From an uncultured cyanobacterium (GTDB lineage Bacteria > Cyanobacteriota > Cyanobacteriia > Cyanobacteriales > Nostocaceae), in assembly GCA_963740315.1 (NCBI GenBank), contig CAVUDP010000004.1, positions 736,001 to 800,000 on the forward strand: 64,000 nt of DNA. The letters run 5' to 3'. The notes beneath the pieces were generated by a model that was not told where the DNA came from, searched no databases, and was given only the letters and a program-made list of their open reading frames with translations. Within the stretch, counting starts at the first letter, position 1. The number at the start of each line of letters is the position of its first letter. Of this stretch, positions 60,603 through 64,000 are shown one piece after another. Made by a program: the position numbers and the translations under genes.

Positions 60603-62972
60603 TTAATTTTTGCCCCGACGCTCGTAGCTTTCCCAAGGTGGTTGAAAGCCACGTCGTTGCAAAAAGTCTTCTTGTATCTGCTGCATCTGGCTTGAAATTT
60701 CCGGGTCTTTTTCACCACTGGCAATTTGCTCAATTTGCAGTTGTTCTAGGGCTTTCATCGCCGCTAAAGGTTTGTCAAAAATAGCATTCAATCCTGCCAG
60801 AGCGCGACGTGCTTCCGTATCTTGCGGGTTTTGTTCCAACACTGCGGAATAAATTTGTTCTGCCAATCCAAATCGCCTTTGCTCAAAGCGAATTCCGCCC
60901 AAAGCAGCCAAAGCATCTACATCATCTGGTTCTTCTTTGAGAATATTTTCATAAGCTTTACCAGCCATATCGAAATCGCCAATAGCTTTAGCTAACAACG
61001 CTACTCTCTGTTGTGACTTCGCATTATCTGGAGCATTGGCAATCAACTGCTTCATTCGCAAGCGTGCTTCGGCTGGGTTTCGTTGAGCTATAGTTTCCAG
61101 CAACCGCTGCTGCAATCTAATGCTACTGGGGTCAAGTTCTATTAAGTAATTATACAGAGCTTCGCGATTGGGGTCGGTAGGTAATTGCGTTACCAAACTA
61201 TATAGTTCTGGTGGAGTATTGGTTGCTTTTTGAGTTGCCAACCAATTATCTAAAACGGCTTCTGCTTCTGGTTTAGAAATGCGTTTGGCTTGATACGCAA
61301 CACTAGTAAGACCTAACTGAGCGGTAATATCTTGAGGATTGCGTTTTATAACTTGCTCGTATACGACTAAAGCTTCGTCAAAACGCTTTTGCTGGACTCT
61401 TACGCCTACCAATCCACGCAAAGCACCATCAGTAATTTCCTCTTTGGGGTTTTCGTTAAGTATGGCAAAGTAGCGTTGAGCGCTGGCTTCTAAGTTGCCT
61501 TCCCTTCTTTCGATTTCTGCTGCAAGCAACTGTGAAGCCATGTCTTGGGAACCTGCGGATGTCGCCGTATAAGCTGCTAAAGCCTGTCTGGCTTGAATTG
61601 TATTTTCGAGTTGCAAATACATCTGAGCTACCCGAAAATTCAAAAACGGTGCGTTAACCCCCGTCTGCAAGAGATTTTGATATACGGGTAGAAGTTGAGG
61701 TGAGGGAGCATCTATATCGGCTAATGCTAAAGCTAATTGCAGTTGTACCTCCGAAGTTGGTAAGTTTTGCAATGTTGTCGCCAAGCGCTGGTTTAAATCG
61801 CTTTTGGAAACCATTCCCAATTTATATTCCAAACCTAGCTGACGCACTACCAAACTTTTATCGTTGGGTAACATAGAAGCTAAACGTCTATAAATTTGTA
61901 ATGCTGTTTCCTCTCCTTGGGGTAAACCAGTAAAGACATTGGCGATTTCCCGCAGCAAGCTGGGAGAAGGATTAGGGTTATTAGCAAGGGCTTGGCGGTA
62001 GAGATTGGTGACTTGTTGCGTCAAGTTGGGATTATCTGTATTCTTACGAATTTCATTTAGCGCTCTAGCTAAAGGTAAAATCGCCTCTTCTCTATCTTGC
62101 AAAGGATCTAATACAGCTAAAGCTTCGGCTTCTTGTTTATTCGCAATATATGCTTGAGACAGTTCTGCACGAGCAAGTATAGCTAATTGATCTAAGGTTT
62201 CAGAGCGCTGTAGCTGAGTTTGTAAAATTCCGATCGCTTTTTGAGGATTGCCAGTTTTGCGTAAAGTAAGAGCGTAAGCAACCGCAGCGTAATCGGTTAT
62301 CGGTTTGCCAGTGGCTTGATAGCGGTTGAACAATTCCTTAGCTTTTTGATAATCGCCACTATAACTGTAAGTTTGAGCGGCTCCGATGATTGCTTCTTCT
62401 GTGGGATTGTTCGCTAACACTATTTCAAAGTCGGCGATCGCTTCGCCAAATTGTCCCTGATAGGAATAAAGCAAAGCCCGGTAATAACGACTTTGCAAAT
62501 CATCAGGATTCAACTCAAGCAAAGTATTGAGAGCCTTGATGCCCGGTTTGTTCCATTCGGGACGATAAGTACCCATCATCCCGACAATTTTCAACGCCGC
62601 TTGATTTGTGGGATCTTGCACCAACACCTGTTGATAAGTTTGAAAAGCATCTTCGATACGTCCGGCTCGATTGTAAGCAATGGCTAACCCTAGCTTGGCT
62701 TGCAAAGATTGCGGATTGCTTTTTAAGGCTTGTTGAAAAGCACTAATGGCATCATCTACCCATCCTTTTTTGAGGAGATTATAACCCCGTTGGGTTGCCC
62801 CAGATGACTGAGCCTTTACTGGGGCAATATTATTCAAAGTGAAGACTGCGATCGGGCAAGTAAAAACGAATAAGTGAAAAGGCAGCAAAGTAATGGCAAG
62901 AATTGTTTGACTTTGTGTTTTTGGTTTTCGTCGCCATAAATTAGCTTTATACAAGTTAAATTTATGATTCAT
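60603..62972 (-). CDS. Exported TPR-repeat scaffold protein (like the BcsC N-terminal region)
   Basis: Signal-like N-terminus ending VKA-Q; many TPR repeats; ATGA overlap with the upstream gene. Confidence 0.8.
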   Translation of the reverse strand: MNHKFNLYKANLWRRKPKTQSQTILAITLLPFHLFVFTCPIAVFTLNNIAPVKAQSSGATQRGYNLLKKGWVDDAISAFQQALKSNPQSLQAKLGLAIAYNRAGRIEDAFQTYQQVLVQDPTNQAALKIVGMMGTYRPEWNKPGIKALNTLLELNPDDLQSRYYRALLYSYQGQFGEAIADFEIVLANNPTEEAIIGAAQTYSYSGDYQKAKELFNRYQATGKPITDYAAVAYALTLRKTGNPQKAIGILQTQLQRSETLDQLAILARAELSQAYIANKQEAEALAVLDPLQDREEAILPLARALNEIRKNTDNPNLTQQVTNLYRQALANNPNPSPSLLREIANVFTGLPQGEETALQIYRRLASMLPNDKSLVVRQLGLEYKLGMVSKSDLNQRLATTLQNLPTSEVQLQLALALADIDAPSPQLLPVYQNLLQTGVNAPFLNFRVAQMYLQLENTIQARQALAAYTATSAGSQDMASQLLAAEIERREGNLEASAQRYFAILNENPKEEITDGALRGLVGVRVQQKRFDEALVVYEQVIKRNPQDITAQLGLTSVAYQAKRISKPEAEAVLDNWLATQKATNTPPELYSLVTQLPTDPNREALYNYLIELDPSSIRLQQRLLETIAQRNPAEARLRMKQLIANAPDNAKSQQRVALLAKAIGDFDMAGKAYENILKEEPDDVDALAALGGIRFEQRRFGLAEQIYSAVLEQNPQDTEARRALAGLNAIFDKPLAAMKALEQLQIEQIASGEKDPEISSQMQQIQEDFLQRRGFQPPWESYERRGKN

Positions 62973-64000
62973 CGAGTCAATCTCCCCCTTGGAGTTACAT
63001 CAAACTCTGATTTAATCCTCACACCCAGAACTGTTTCGTTAAAGTCGTCTCTTCCCTGAACGGAAAAACCTAATCGTAAATTGGAAAGAAACTGAAAGTC
63101 GTAGTAAAGCTCCAATACATCAAGCTGCTTTCCTTCACGCTCATCTTCGTTAGATAAAGCGCGTCCGTAAGCTAATCCCAATCTGTCATCGGGGGTAAAT
63201 AAATCTAAGAAACTAGCGCCGAAAACGTATGTATCCGCACCTTCTCCTAAATCTCGATTTTCGTAACGTCCGTAACGTCCAAAAAGTCCTAGTTTCATCT
63301 TGGGAATAAAAACTTCAGCATTTAAACCGTATGCTTCCTCGCGATCGTCCTCCAAAACTCCAAACTGATTGTTTCCGCGATCGATTTGAAAGCTTTGGGG
63401 AAAAGAATCGCGATTTCCAGCATCTCTGGCAGTACTGTAAGTACCGCGAATAATGGCATTACCATAACGAACGCCAACTTCACCAGCAAATCCATCCAAA
63501 CTAAATTCGCTCAAACTATCAGATGACGAAAAAACAGCAGCTTTAGCGTCAATATTATCCGTTACGCTCCAGTTAACTAACAGTCCAGGCTTTGAACCTA
63601 TTCCTGTCGATGCTAAAGCTGGATTAGTTTGAAACACCGGATTAAAAAATTGGCTGGCTCCATCTTTAGCAAAGCTATTGCGATCGAAATAAGATGTCAA
63701 ATCTAACTGACCAACTGCAAATCGTAAATTAGGTAAACCCGTCAGAGATGTTGCTAGATAAAGTTCGTTGATATTCAAACCTTCCCGGCGGGAATCATCA
63801 AACGAGCTACCCTCACTCGTCAAATCCAAAGTTGCACCAAACAATACTTGAGGAGTCAACGGATAAGTTCCCGAAAGTCTAGCTCGTGCTGAAGTATCAC
63901 CTCCTTGAGTTACATAAACACCTTCGGCTCTTAAAGAAGATTCCTTTAAAGCCGCACTGCTTCTTAAAGGGTTTAACTCATTGTTTTGTGGAACTAGTGG
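62969..64000 (-). CDS. Outer-membrane beta-barrel / carbohydrate-porin-like protein (5' end outside window)
   Basis: Frame open with no stop up to 64000; amphipathic beta-strand pattern; YFDRNSFA..QFFN.VF, GLFGRYG, LELYY motifs. Confidence 0.7.
   Translation of the reverse strand, partial: PLVPQNNELNPLRSSAALKESSLRAEGVYVTQGGDTSARARLSGTYPLTPQVLFGATLDLTSEGSSFDDSRREGLNINELYLATSLTGLPNLRFAVGQLDLTSYFDRNSFAKDGASQFFNPVFQTNPALASTGIGSKPGLLVNWSVTDNIDAKAAVFSSSDSLSEFSLDGFAGEVGVRYGNAIIRGTYSTARDAGNRDSFPQSFQIDRGNNQFGVLEDDREEAYGLNAEVFIPKMKLGLFGRYGRYENRDLGEGADTYVFGASFLDLFTPDDRLGLAYGRALSNEDEREGKQLDVLELYYDFQFLSNLRLGFSVQGRDDFNETVLGVRIKSEFDVTPRGRLTR

Noticed and set aside
60440..60733. 97-aa ORF between the TPR and GH8 genes
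   Set aside because: It overlaps the TPR gene 3' end in another frame and has no motif support.
1428..62687. Numerous 60-140 aa antisense or alternate-frame ORFs inside long genes (e.g. 5096-5512, 22737-23084, 35636-35953, 47615-48310)
   Set aside because: Shadow ORFs of well-supported genes with no recognisable motifs.
1..64000. High density of GCGATCGC
   Set aside because: Ordinary cyanobacterial HIP1; useful for taxonomy but not novel in itself.

Overview
AT-rich chromosomal window from a cyanobacterium, most likely a filamentous Nostocales strain. This rests on abundant HIP1 GCGATCGC sites, STRR heptamer tracts, hmpF, gap2, ictB and cyanoexosortase B; the genus cannot be fixed from sequence alone. 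Most of the window is housekeeping: hmpF, tilS, ung, an amino-acid ABC transporter, smpB, thiL, gap2, murC/murB, hemJ, acnB and a ferredoxin. It has two polysaccharide loci: degT-cyanoexosortase B-wza-wzc (29.2-36.0 kb), and a cellulose-synthase-type operon porin-TPR-GH8-bcsB-bcsA (53.9-64 kb, cut by the window edge). The most unusual stretch is a repeat-dense accessory patch between hemJ and acnB (43.4-47.1 kb). It carries a BglII-like restriction-modification pair whose endonuclease appears to start at ATT behind a perfect AGGAGG, bracketed by HIP1-containing direct repeats. It also holds an orphan antitoxin whose partner ORF is cut off by a REP/MITE-like element, and an LRR gene whose stop codon comes from the same element. 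Other points of interest: CIRCE-like operators in front of a small uncharacterised gene, a GAF histidine pseudokinase (H-box His to Gln), a solo dynamin-like GTPase and a long murC-murB hairpin. I saw no tRNA, rRNA, CRISPR array or transposase. All family assignments come from motif recognition and recall, not from database searches.
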